A stretch of DNA of 63,435 bases, filler included, from Choristocarpus tenellus KU-1152 (Eukaryota; Protista; Phaeophyceae): assembly GCA_964200185.2 (NCBI GenBank). It is 13 parts of 13 records of this genome, joined end to end, with 100 filler letters (N's around TTAATTAATTAA, not from the genome) between each part and the next. Parts side by side here need not be neighbours in the genome. Positions count along the whole stretch, not along the records: positions 38,158 to 42,682 come from CAXNAD020014155.1; positions 42,783 to 48,252 come from CAXNAD020010679.1; positions 48,353 to 52,330 come from CAXNAD020016823.1; 10 more parts are not named here. One strand, given 5' to 3'. Shown here in pieces: positions 38,281-51,019 of this stretch; positions within the stretch are counted from its first letter, which is position 1; every line of letters begins with the position of its first letter. The notes beneath the pieces are model-generated. The model did no database searches and was not told where the DNA came from. It worked only from the letters and a program-made list of their open reading frames with translations. The translations under genes were made by a program, and so were the position numbers.

Positions 38281-38669
38281 CGGTATAATTAGGGACTAAA
38301 CGACCACCACCATCAGGGGCTAGGGTACACATGATTCTCAGGTTATGGTGTGGTGACAAATGAGTTGGATGCCTTCCATGTGTTCATGGCAAAGACACAG
38401 ATAGTTAGTACCTACTGTATAAAAACATACTCACAATAAAACAATATCAAGTGCAGCTGGCAACAAAAAACGCCTTCCTAATGCAATGTACTGCAGTGCA
38501 CGGCAAAATACAGAACAATTCAGCAAGACACACCCTCTCGGTCTTCAATAAATAAATAAAAATATGATATAACAAACAAAAAAAAACACACTCTGGTAAT
38601 GTCAGGTTATTTCAAGGCACAATCAGTGCAACAGCGGTACATCTTGATGCCTCAACTGATACCCCTCAC

Positions 38670-41600
38670 CTGGGACTATTCTCCTTCATCTCCTGAATCA
38701 GAGAAAGGCATTTCTCGTGGGCCCGCATCATAACCCCTCCTTTCCCATCTGCCGCTGCTGCCTCAACCCCATCCCAACCATCATCTACTTCATCACTGTC
38801 ACCGCCCCATCTCTGCGAATGCTCACCGCCCCATGCTGACACTGCATCAGAAGAAGCAGCATCGCTCAGAGCCGCAATGGCAGCCCCGTAGCAGACCTCA
38901 TCCGGGAGGAGGCGTTTGGTTGGCATTTCTGCTAAAAGGAGAACCGCCTTTCACGATTTAGAAAACCAAATGATGCAATGGACAGTAGTAGGCAGTTGTA
39001 AGGTGGATCAGGATCGCTGGGTCATAGTGTCAGTGAAGAGTCGGCACGCTGTGAGTGGGGAGGAGAAAGGAAGCTAACCAAACCTAGCCAAGAGAGAGAG
39101 AGAGAGAGTAGTTGCACATTATCCAATAGACCTCTCTGCATGCAGTAAGGGCAACAAACATGAAATGAATATGCCCCACCACATGACCACAATTTTATTT
39201 ACAATCCTCCCTACTCCCTTCCTCATTCCAAGCACTGCAGGCCCAACAATCTCACACCTCAAGGGGTCTCCCAGCCTTGCCACAGGCGGTGATGGCAGCT
39301 GCATAAACGTACTCATCCGGCCTGCCGTCCTTGCCCGGACCATCGCCTCCCATGGCCTTGAGCACACCCACAGCCTCTCTCCACTTGCCCAGCTTTCCCA
39401 GGGCACCAACCGCAACACTGTCAACAACAGGTTCATATCATGATTTACGGTTGTGTGACGCAGTGTATGGTACGAACAACAGTGTGTCTATTTATTTCCA
39501 CCAATGGGATGATATCTTGTCTGTATTGAGCCAATAGGATTATGTATTTGTCCTGCAGCATCCCCCAAGCCCTCAGCCTTGGCTTCAATCAACGATACAA
39601 ATGGCATAATATATGTTTCATGACAATGACAATACATCAATGAGAAATACACATGCACATTTATATGTGTGCGTGTGTGTGTGTGTGAGTACACAAACAG
39701 CAGAGGGAAGAGTCTACGTTGTTTCTTCTGCACATTGCTGAGTCATCTGAACAGAGACATTTTGGGGTACACCTTGTACAGCGCACACATGTATGTCTGA
39801 ATAGAAACACTCCCACATATACTATGGAAGTGCCACAGACAATTTGTAGCAGATGAGCTCAGGCCTTCTACTAAATTGTTTGATACTATTGAGTATTTCT
39901 ATGCTACCAAGTGATGTAGTGAACATCTACCTTGCATCATACGTGGGAAAAGTCCGGAGTTGAGTCAAGCATCACAGAGTGCAAACAGGAACTAATCAAG
40001 ATTTTTCACAAACTTGGCTGCCGAGGTTTCTGTTCAGCGTAAAATGAAAATTACTACTACGAGTGGTTAAGGTGGAAATAGACAGGGGGGCCCTTCTGAC
40101 CACCCTCCCATTCCCATGCTCAAAATAATACGATAAAAAAGCATCTGTACCTTGGGCACACACAGCACAAAATGACTAAAAGTCGTCTGCCTCGAGTCTT
40201 GCTTCCCTCCTCCGTGTCACTGACAAGACATGATGGGCCCAATTTGGATTCTCTTGACCTCAATCTTGTTGTAATCACTCAATTATCCCAAACTAGGCAT
40301 ATAAACACAACTACACCAAACCAAACATATAAACTCGAACATGCTACTATGAATTAACAATAATATCCACATATAAATATATATATATATATATATTCAT
40401 CTACACCAAGAGCCCCTACAACATAGAGATAACACAGAGAAAAACGTTACGTAGAGAAATGGGAAACACATTCCCAAGGTGCTGAAAACCGTGCTTTGCT
40501 TGGACAGGCAAGACCTTGTGCACAAGCAATACTTGTTGCTATCAATAGGCTCCTGTACGAAGTCTACTGCGTGTGCACAAGGCCCAGTATGAGTGAAACA
40601 GGTGTACATACGCTCATTTGTAACCACACTTTGTGCAAGTTCAACTTTCTCACGTGCCTCTGTGCTGTACTAGTCCTCTTTGCACGACCTGTCCCTACTG
40701 TCCTCTGCTCTGCATGCCGCCTGCCATGCACCAGTCACCCAAATCCCCAACAAGGACCTTCAACACTTCTGTGACACATCACTCCTAACCCTAAGCGACT
40801 CTTACTTCCGTCGAAGTGAGAGGAGCATCCCCAAGCAAATCTCCTACTTTGTACACACTCTCCAAGTACACACATTCAATGATAAACATCTCTTAAAAAT
40901 GCTAAACCGCTTGCATCAAAAATGTTACAACCATCATGAAACCAATAACAACTGCCTTCAACTCAACACAATGGTCACTCTGACGTCCTCTCCCCTTCCC
41001 AACACCAGTAAAAACACTTGTGTCAACTGCCTTCATAGTTACTCCCTCCATGAATCACCCAGTCCCCCGCCAATACCAAATCTACACAAGTGTTGTCCCT
41101 GCCATACACCATACAGTAAGATGACAGAGCAATCAGAGTCACTCTCTTCCCGGAGGGCAAGTACCCCTTCCTATCTCTCTCTCCCTATCTCACTCTCCCC
41201 ATCTCACTCCCCCCATCTCTCTCACCCGCAAACAATGGCATTCCGGGGGCCTTCTTCAAGAGCCTCCAGGATGCCCTGCCAATCCCCCCTTTGTCCTAGA
41301 TCCTTCACCCGGCTTGCGAGCGCTTTACCACGTGCAACCTTTGTCAAGGAGATACATTTGAGATCGGAGTTGTTTTGCACAAGGTCATGTAGAACAGAGT
41401 CATCACAACTGAGGAAAGGTTGGGCCTGTCCATGTCCACCCAAGCAGCAAATTTGAGTAGATTGCATGCGATTGCATGCAACAATCTTCCTGTCTCATTC
41501 AATACAGCGAGCAAGCTACATGATCAGTAGATAAGAAGAAACCAGTTGTACTATTCACACACAGAACGCACAAGATAAGCGGTATTCAAGTATCATACCT

Positions 41601-42682
41601 ATGTTACATTTTGAATTTAAATCTACGCTTAAGTCAGAAGTGGGCTAGGAACTGCATAGGGGACTGCACCATACTTCTTTCTAGCCAAAAATGTGGTTAT
41701 CCTCGGAGGTGCCTTAATCAGGCTTCTCCCAACCGACACCATAATATCAACACAACAGGACCAATGGCTGCACAAAAAATAATTTGCAATTCAAATGGGT
41801 GCTACCTTGTTGATCTAGGTTCATCGGTTGTGGTCTTCATCGGATTTTCAAATTTCCAACAATAACCTACACAGTTTTTATCCTAGCTGAGCATCGACCA
41901 ACCCCTCTTGCAATCAACAGCAGTCTCTCTAGCACAACTCACAAAACACCCGGGAGTGTAGCAATTCATGATGCCAAGCATTTGCAAGTGCGAGTTGCCA
42001 GGTCCAAGGTTGGTTGGTAGGAGATATCTCAAGGCAGGGTGAAGAAATATTGAGGAAGAAAGTGCATTTCAAACACGGCTGGATGGGTGGGATTTGGAGC
42101 ACATGAAGAATGAGTACGCTTCATGAACGACATGCCTACCAATGACTGACATGGTTTGATAGCGAGGATTGTAAGGTAGCCAACCGCTAGAGATACGCCA
42201 ATTCGATTACCTTGTTCACTGGGGTGAAGAGTGACTTTGAGCTTATGAGTCCATGGTTTAGAACCGGATTTCGACATTGAATCGATTGGGTTGAAGTATT
42301 GCTGAAACATCAAATCCAACTCCTCTGACCAATGCGCATCGAAGACAAGACCAGCTTCACGTTGACTGAAATTGTCGTTGTCGCGAGGTTAGCTACATAG
42401 CAGTACCCTCTAATAGATTGGAACTCACCAGAGCGGGGTCCAGATTCCGCCTTCCTTCTCCTGACCGGTCACCACGACCCCCACCACGACCCCCATCACG
42501 ACCACCCCTTCCTTGCCCTCCCCTCCCACCCCTCGGCCCTCCTCGAGATACAACTCCCCCTTCATCACTCATGAGCCATCCACGGCCGCGACCGCGACTG
42601 CGCCCTCCCTGGAAGTCCCCCCGCCCGCCACCCCTCCCTCCTCCTCTCATCCGTCCTCCCCTTCCTCGTCTCGTATCCCTCC
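38670..42682 (-). CDS. Pentatricopeptide-repeat (PPR) protein with an RGG-rich N-terminal region; partial
   Basis: Exons from the contig end to 42429, then 41338-41226, 39417-39258 and 38947-38670, splice in phase: RGG tract | VARGKALASRVKDLGQRGDWQGILEAL...RNAIVCG|VAVGALGKLGKWREAVGVLKAM...PDEYVYAAAITACGKAGRPLE|AVLLLAEMPTKRLLPDEVCYGAAIAAL. These are canonical P-type PPR motifs. Confidence 0.85.
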
Positions 42683-42782
42683 NNNNNNNNNNNNNNNNNN
42701 NNNNNNNNNNNNNNNNNNNNNNNNNNTTAATTAATTAANNNNNNNNNNNNNNNNNNNNNNNNNNNNNNNNNNNNNNNNNNNN

Positions 42783-42797
42783 CAGATACTTTGGGTC
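42783..42797. mobile_element. MITE family terminus at contig start
   Basis: CAGATACTTTGGGTC. Confidence 0.6.
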
Positions 42798-42913
42798 CAA
42801 CAGCTGTGGCACATGGAAATCTCGCAATGAGACAAGCCCCTCTCCACCCAGAACATTCTAATACAGTCTAATACACCATTAACCAATCCAATATAACAAC
42901 TCCATGGATTCAG

Positions 42914-44965
42914 GTGGACCCTCGGCCAAAGGAGCTCTTTAGTCCTATGCCAGTGATGCATCTTCTGCCGGTGCAGGATAGGAATCCACCCACAGAAGGA
43001 ATCTATCGTTGCCCAGTCTACAAGGTTAGTGGTTATTCAAACTGCTCCTAAACCAATGCCTCCTTGGTGTAACTTGCATTGCCACCACTGGATAAGGCAC
43101 TTATCCAGGGACAGGTCCCGGAACCTATTCTTAGGCGAATCTTCGCCTTCAGTGCTGAAATCAAGTTGTGTTGATGAATATTTTGATTGGGTTCCGCCTT
43201 GAAATTTCCGTATACTTAGTCCAGTTCTTCTCTATTCAGTGCTCCACGGACGACAAGTTGAAGTATTGAAGATGGTGCATTCAAGTATGTGAGATGAGGG
43301 TGCCTTGACTTTTGTACCAAACTACTACATCTATTTATAACTTCAACTAGGCCTTCATTCATGCCATCGAAGAGAGACTACCAAAATAAACAACGTATGT
43401 ATCCCTTCTGTGCAAGGTGGAAAATCCATATCTGAGGATTCCAATACACTCCTCTACAGCTCTTGGAGGTAACTCTCATGTTCCCTTTAACCAACTCCCA
43501 ACCCTTTTCAGATTCTAACACGAACTGGTGTTCTATCAACAACGGGACATAGCACCAATTTTGTTTTTTGGATTGAAGTTCCCAGTAACAAGGCTACTGT
43601 ACTGCGTGCAAGCCTGGTTTCGGAGACTAACAAGCAGGTGAACTATGCTAGTCGCTGCCTTTGTCTCTCTGCACTTCTCAGTGAGCGGTGTTTCCATCAA
43701 GCAGTCATTTTTTAATCGTTCAAGTGGGTGCCGCCTGGTACAGAAGAGGGAGCTGGGGAGGAAGAGGGGAAAAAAGTGGATACTGCTACACTTATTGCTG
43801 TCTATTCCTCATTTGAAGCATTTCCCGTCACTGATACACAGTAGTTGTGATAATGATACGTACGGGCCACAACTAGGTCATACATGAACAAAATCACATT
43901 GAAAAACACAAATCTAGGTAAAACTACCTCACCGTATAGGGCAATGAGATGTTTGCATTAAAAGCTTTTCTTTTCCTCGCATCAGCATTTTGAAAGAAAC
44001 GAAATTTTTTCGAACTGAGAACAGACGTGAAATTCCAAGCACGTCGTTAAATCTAGATCTTCCTTACCAATCAATTGCGACCCTTCGGTGCACATGAGTG
44101 AGAGTTTGTACTATTCTTCTACTATATCTACCAATAAACATTTAGAATAGAAAATATTCATTGTTCTTATCTGGGCATTCTCTACAGATTTGAGGTAAGT
44201 TGGAGAGCGAACAAGATATTTTCTGATCAAGGTGACATTTGCCTAGGATACGACAAAATATCTTCCTAATCTTTTTATTATTGTCACTTCTCATCTTATC
44301 CATCTCGTGTAGAATGAATGTTTACTGCAATGATCACCCACACAATATACAACATACTGATCTTACCACAAGAAGGGACTGGTTAAGATTCAATGGACAC
44401 ACCACCATCAGCTACAAATGGTGTTGTAATCCACTCTGTGACAGATGGGGTTATCATAAGAACATGACTTCAAAGGATTGTTGTGTTATCAAATTAGCTA
44501 TCCTGTTTTAGAGGAGGGTTATTTTTTCCTTTTTAAGCACTTGAGGCCCTTCAAAAGTTTCACCTGACCCCCTATTTTCATACCGGAAATGTAGCTAACC
44601 CTACTTAGAAGGTCTTGGCTATAGAAGAATTACAAACATTTGTCCACTCAAGCATGAAATTGCCCTTCAGAGTGCTAGAAGCTCTTGAATCAGAACAGTC
44701 ACAGGACCCCCAATTATCCAACAACACCACTGTCTAAGAAAGGATGACTTGATAAATTTGCGTGTAATGTTATTTATGAGAACAGCCTCACAAAGCTCAC
44801 ATGTAGTTACCACACAACAAAAAGAGTCATCCGGTTATTTAGATACAGAACGTTGATCACCTATCCTCAAAATGCACCCATCTACTTGTCCTATAGGTCC
44901 AGTACTGTGACCAAGACTATTGGATAAAGGCTGGGGTGGCCTGTTTCTGTGCCCTTCGATACTGA
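42914..44965 (+). CDS. Axonemal (inner-arm, monomeric type) dynein heavy chain, last three exons
   Basis: Exons 42914-43024, 43512-43637 and 44897-44965: VDPRPKELFSPMPVMHLLP...YRCPVYK|ILTRTGVLSTTGHSTNFVFWIEVPS...|VQYCDQDYWIKAGVACFCALRY*. GxLSTTGHSTNFV is typical of DNAH1/3/6/7-type chains. Confidence 0.93.
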
Positions 44966-47900
44966 GGAGTCCAGGAATACACCTTTTTTTTTTCAAAACC
45001 GCAAGAGGATGCCCTTATCGCCCTTACAAGTGGTTATATAGCACAAAATTTCATACGATAAAAGAAATGGGACAGCACCATTGGGATTACGCAGCATCAA
45101 TTTTTACTCACGAACTTCAATCTAGAGCTCTATGTTGTACAATATGATCATTGTTGTGTGCTTTTTATCGATTGCTGCTTCGTGGAGATGGGAAGATTTT
45201 ACGAAGTCATGGACACCAGACACACATGACCATTTGTCCCATGACAGAACTATGAGAAGAAGATATGGAATTTGTATTGGTTGGTATGAGCAATAGCAAC
45301 AAGTCCATCCACATTAACCCCTGTATTCCAAACATTGGAGTGCTGACAAAGCAAGAGAATGTCTGGACATAGTGAAAGGAGATCGTCTCAGAGTAAGGTC
45401 AAGTATATTTCTCATTTATATTTCTACGAACTGTTCTACTCACTAGTGTGAGCAACAGGGTCAGTTACGCATGCAATCAACAAGTAATGGGACATAGATG
45501 AGCACATCCACGTTCACCACTATGAGTGATATTTTCCTTTCTTTTACTCCACTATTTGGACATAGTATATGAAATATTGTCATCTATCTGTGCAACTCTG
45601 AGACAAACTCTCAAATCTCATCATTGTGCTATGGTACACTTCGGGCAGGAAAATTTAGTTTGTCACCAAATCCACCGCACTCTCAAAGTGCAGATGTTGA
45701 TAGGTTCAACCCCCTGTGCCCACCTTGCGAAAATACTCATTCCACCTAGAGTTCCGTCTGCTCCATCCAACCCTGAATTATTTTGCAAAGGTTCCTTCTA
45801 TGATTGTACAAATTACAGATCTCATGTACACCATCATGAGTTTTAGAAGTTTTTTTGAAGACAAGAGAATAATACAGTTTACTAGAATCACTACAGTTCA
45901 AGATGTTTCTAGACTGGCATTATGAAGGCAGTCAAGAAGAAAGAGAAGAATCCCATTAATAAGTCAAGCCCTTACTAACCCACCGACCGGATACTTCCAG
46001 CTTAAGACACACATGACGCATCTGGAGATTGCTATTTGACCGGCTACTGGCACAATCTGTCACGGGCGTTGTTGCCATGCGCGTGGGAGACACCCACGCT
46101 TGGGAAATCATCCCCCTATTAAGGGAGTCAGAAACACGTGAGGGAACTAGTGATGTGGTGACTTTGCCCGTCAAAGTGCCCTATGAACTTGCTGTCATCC
46201 CTCACTTCACACCAAAAAGGATTAGTCGGTCAGTCAATGTGCCACAAACAAATGGAAAAATAGTGGGTGGCTCCCTTATTCCCCCCCCTATAAACGGAGC
46301 CACCCCCCAACTTTACCATCTGTTATTGTGGCTCATTGACCTATAGACTCATCATTTTGAGAGCATGAAGTGAAGGATGTCATCTGCAAGTTGGGAAACT
46401 TTCATGAGTACATTCTCTTGATTCTTGTACGTAGTTCTGGCTCCCTCCCCCAAACACCCCACAACCTGTCGCCAAAGTCTAACATGTCAACTACGTAGGT
46501 CACCCGTCTTACATGTGCGTACTTACGGAGCATTGAATTTTGCTATTTCTTTCACGTGATTACGTCCATACGCGCGAGGATCAGGTGTTTCCGTGCGCAC
46601 GTTCTTAATCTACACGATTGACTTCAGTAGACTGGAGAAGGTAAAAAACATTGCTCTTACCTACCTCGAGAGTCAAACTAAACGTGTGGTACGCCAAAAA
46701 TTGTCTTATCTTGCGTCTTACATTCTCGTGGCTCAGTGGATAAGGCGAAAATTGTCCACATGAATTCAGCTCGTTTGAACCCCTTCGACACCAGACTTCT
46801 TTTCGTGGAAATCGGGTTTTGAATATGCTGTTCTACACGGCAAATTCAATGGGCTGTAGAAGTGTACGATCCTGTCTGTGGTTACACCACAAAAATGCCA
46901 GACCAAGACCGTGTTGGAAATTCTGGGGCAGGTCCAGGAGCAAAATTGAGGGAGGAGACGGAGCAACAAGCGATGGGAGTGCTGAACCTAATGTGGGAGA
47001 AGCAAGCCAGGAACGGAGGCAGTACATGGAGTCGTAGTGCAACAGTTAGTCAGGGGTTAGTACGAGAAGTAGTAGGGTGTGTAGTGCCTCTGACCACTTG
47101 TCGGGATCATCCCCAACTAATTTGATGCAAATAATATAATGAGAAGAAGAAAAACATTATAATGACAATAATGTACACTGATACGTACATGTCGTTGACT
47201 ACTGCCGGATGGACTAAAAGGGTGGGAGAGCCATGTATTCATACTGATTCCCCATTGGGAGAGCGAAGTGAGGTATCTGAAATCTGAAGTTTCCTGAGAC
47301 GAAACTAACCGAGAGGGGGGGGGCACACTCTTGTGGGGATGATTTAGGTGCCCAACCAAGTATGGAAGGTGTAGGTAATAGGAAATCATAATATAGTAAT
47401 AGTAAATGGTGGACACAAATGCAGCACCCTTTTTTTGGTCATTTGGCTAGATATCTTCTATCTACATGGATTTGGGGTACAGTAGAATATGATGTTCGCC
47501 TCACTCAGATCACCCCAGACCATTGACACAACACGAGCATATATATATGCACATTGTACATAGTTCGAAATAGTACTAATAATGTATGCTTTCATCACAG
47601 TTGGCCTGCCTCGTCCTCTCGCATTACAAGCAATAAGGAGTTTTTCCCTCCTTGCATTGTATAAAGGGCATTCCATCTCCTCTGACAAATGGGGACCAGA
47701 CAGAGAATGAAATTCAGTAGTTTTGACTTCACACACTACTTTCAAATATAGAAAACTTCATATCTTTGTGTATCTTTCTGATATATTGGATTTAGAATAC
47801 AATCGGTGTACCTACATAAGAGAGGCCCATATAAGAGAAAACGGGATATAAGAGAGGGTAAATTGCTTCGTCGCGACTTTTCACTCTATAAGAGAGGTTT

Positions 47901-48067
47901 CGGCGTTTTCCTGTTAATTCTCTCTTATATCAAGCAAACTCGCACTTTTTTTCACTACTTGATTGAGGGGTTTCACAAGAGCCATATCTAAAGTTAGGCA
48001 AAATATAACAAAGGCACAAAGCTGCTCGAGACCAGCAGTACAAAGCATAGCAATCTCTTGTTCTCTC

Positions 48068-48112
48068 AGTACTGTACAGTACAGTACAGTACAGTACAGT
48101 ACAGTACGTACA
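48068..48112. repeat. (ACAGT)n microsatellite
   Basis: Direct reading. Confidence 0.9.
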
Positions 48113-48233
48113 GCATATCACATCAAGTTTTTAGACGACTGCATGCTATATAACGATGCCCTGCGCAGCGGGATCCACCTGCAACATGAAGGATGATACT
48201 ATTGGTCCGCCACACTATACATGCCATAAGTGT

Positions 48234-48252
48234 GGGTCAAAGTATCTGGGGG
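48234..48252. mobile_element. MITE family terminus at contig end
   Basis: GGGTCAAAGTATCTGGGGG, the reverse complement of positions 2-20. Confidence 0.7.
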
Positions 48253-49149
48253 NNNNNNNNNNNNNNNNNNNNNNNNNNNNNNNNNNNNNNNNNNNNTTAA
48301 TTAATTAANNNNNNNNNNNNNNNNNNNNNNNNNNNNNNNNNNNNNNNNNNNNCCTCCAAATCCCCCTTCCTTCAATCTTACTGCCTGTTGACTATTTTCC
48401 TGAGTGAACTTCTGAGGGATTGCTCTCCCTTTTTGAACTTGTCTCTCTTTGATCTGTCCTCCTGTATGTCTTCCCGCTCCCCTTCATTACGAAGAATCTG
48501 TCGGCTGTTTCCACCTTTTTCACAGTAGGATATTTTCTGAATTGTGTCGAGATTTTTCAAACAAGAGAGAAGTAAACCCTCTAATGTCAAATTTACCTCT
48601 TCATCCGTAGAAATATGGGTGAATTGCGAAAGATTAAAAATTCCCTTAAAATTAAAACGAGCAAAACCTGGGTGCCTCTCGTTTGCTTTGAGTCAGTTCC
48701 AACTTCAGGTCCAAGGGAAAATTAGTTGAGAGCAAGACTACATTGCATGCTGTATCACCTTGCACACATGAGTAGCTGGCGTGGAGTTGATGATCTACCT
48801 ACTAATCCTGTAATACGACCGATCCCAAAAGAGGCAGAAATTGCAGGCATCACATATTTGTCACCCAGTTCCTCAACCACTATCTTACCGTGCTTCCACG
48901 ACCTGGAATAGCGCTACTGTCCCTTAGTCTTCTCCACTGCCCCAAAATCAGTCACCTGTGGTATGCAGAGAAGAAGCTGCAAGAAAGTAGGAGTTGCCTT
49001 CACCCCAGTAACATCTAAATATCTGTAGTAGAGTGAGACAGTATGGCATATGTATGACTTAAGGTATGTTGGCATTGGATGGAACATCCTATGTACGCCA
49101 TAAAAAAAGTCATCCCCAGCATGTTTCGCAATCTTTGATCCACGTATTT

Positions 49150-49329
49150 GGCCCAAAATATCTACGGGGGGAGGGGGGTTCACAGCAGGGTGTCCATTTT
49201 GGTCGTAACCAGGAAAAGTGCACTTACATAATCCATCTGGTGTATGCAATCAAATCACAAAAAAAAATCGTGACATGAAAAATTGATCCCAAATGGTCAG
49301 TCGACACCCCCCCACAGATACTTTGAGAC
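49150..49329 (+). mobile_element. Complete ~180-bp MITE
   Basis: Left end GGCCCAAAATATCT..GGGGGG and right end CCCCCCC..AGATACTTTGAGAC; flanked on both sides by ATTT; the interior is shared with the copies at 9681-9869 and 12032-12185. Confidence 0.85.
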
Positions 49330-51011
49330 ATTTCTTAGTACAAACCTTTGCTTTTGAAGCATCCTTTCTGTACCAATAAGAAAGGATGTACCTAACCCCC
49401 CTTTACAAGAACTACTACTAACAAAGTACGACTAGTCCCGCAATATATACATACAGATTGCGTCAAAATATATGTCAACTGTCTGACACAATAGATCCAA
49501 CACATTACACACACACCACAATTGTGTATGCATCAAAGAAGAAACGATGAAAAGGTAGACATCAATATGACATTATGGTTAATACTGACGATAATATTCC
49601 GTTAGAGTCGATATACAATATGATTGTGGCAATCGACAGATGTGTCAGGGGCGGGAAAAGATCCAAATCAAGGGTACCAGAATCTTTAATCCGAGAGTGG
49701 TAGGTGGGTGAGGAGGGAGGGAAGAATCTCGAGACTGTAATGCATGTATATTTTCAATACTTCGAACCAAGGGGCCTCACAGATTCTTGGGATGCTTCCG
49801 TAGGTCCTCACCCCACTTTTGTAGGGCTAAGGTAGAGTTGAAGCATTACAGCATTGTACACATTGGGGTGTTATATAGTTAATATTCAAATAGTAAATAT
49901 ATTTTATAGAGGTCTAAGAATTGACGAAGGCTGTAATAAAATAATCAGAGTAGTGTTTGTGACAATATATACACATATATTTTTCCCCTCACGCATTTGC
50001 AACATATCAAAGGCCCTAATAATATAATCAATTTTGAAACCATGATTAGTTAATGTCATAGTCATACTGTTCCACCATCTCTATAACTTCTATAATTTCT
50101 TCTGTAACTTTTACTTTTCCTTCCTGAAGGAGGGTATTGCTACCACCGTAGCGGGACTTTCCTGGAACTGTACAGTTGCTATAGACGATGTTTCTGTATG
50201 ACGGTTTTTATGTCTTACAATGATCAATCGCATATGGCGGGTTCATAAACGTCTACACGAAATTGAGATGGGAGATTTATTTCTTCTGCATAACTGTGTA
50301 TTATTGTTGTCTTGATATTGTCTTAGCCCTAACACGCATGTAACAATATAATGTCAGCCTTATGCCATCTGATACTAAAATAAATACCAAACTTTAGTTT
50401 GTGGTCCAGAAGAGTAAGGTTATCCTCTAGGGCCCCTACTTTGTACACATACTTGGACTTCATCTCCATAAATCCAAACAAGGAACGAAATGTTCGGTTG
50501 GTCCTAGTTTGAAACTCGGTTTGCAACAATAGCAGCAGCACCATGAACTTCATTTTCTGGATTTAGTTGTATAATTGATATTTATCTGTTGAGAGTTGCA
50601 TGAATACCTTGTTTTTGGCAAAGGTCAATGGTGCAAGCAAATATTACACAAGTAGATATGCTAGTACAAGAGTCAATGTAACGTAGAGACAAAACTACAG
50701 ACAAGTAAACGCACCCGCGGACACAAGCAAAGATGCAAAAGAGACACATGGGAACAGGCACAGACATACATACAAACGGACTGGAGGACGGACGGGAATC
50801 GCTTGGTTTTGAACTGTACTAATGTGAGGGAGGCTCAATGACCCAAAGTATCTCAGGCTACTTGCCGGGAACATCACCAATGAAAAAGAAGTGTGCGCGC
50901 AATGCACTTGTGTGTAGTATGTCCAGATGTGGATTGGACTGTAATCAGGTACGAGAAGGACCGTCCGTGACAGGTGAACCAGTAACAAATAGTAAATCAA
51001 CATTCTCCAGG

Positions 51012-51017
51012 AAAAAA
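51012..51017 (-). terminator. RNA polymerase III oligo-T terminator
   Basis: T6 run two nucleotides after the tRNA discriminator base on the minus strand. Confidence 0.65.
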
Positions 51018-51019
51018 CA

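Noticed and set aside
40680-41456. 258-aa plus-strand ORF, the longest in the window
   Set aside because: Antisense to a PPR exon and intron, low-complexity, with no recognisable domain.
41900-42390. Possible MULE/SWIM remnant (DLATRTCKC) in the PPR intron
   Set aside because: The motif is incomplete (no downstream CxH) and interrupted by stops; too weak to call.
46722-46795. A-box TGGCTCAGTGG and B-box-like GTTTGAACC at tRNA-like spacing
   Set aside because: The anticodon, T and acceptor stems do not pair; at most a decayed tRNA/SINE head.
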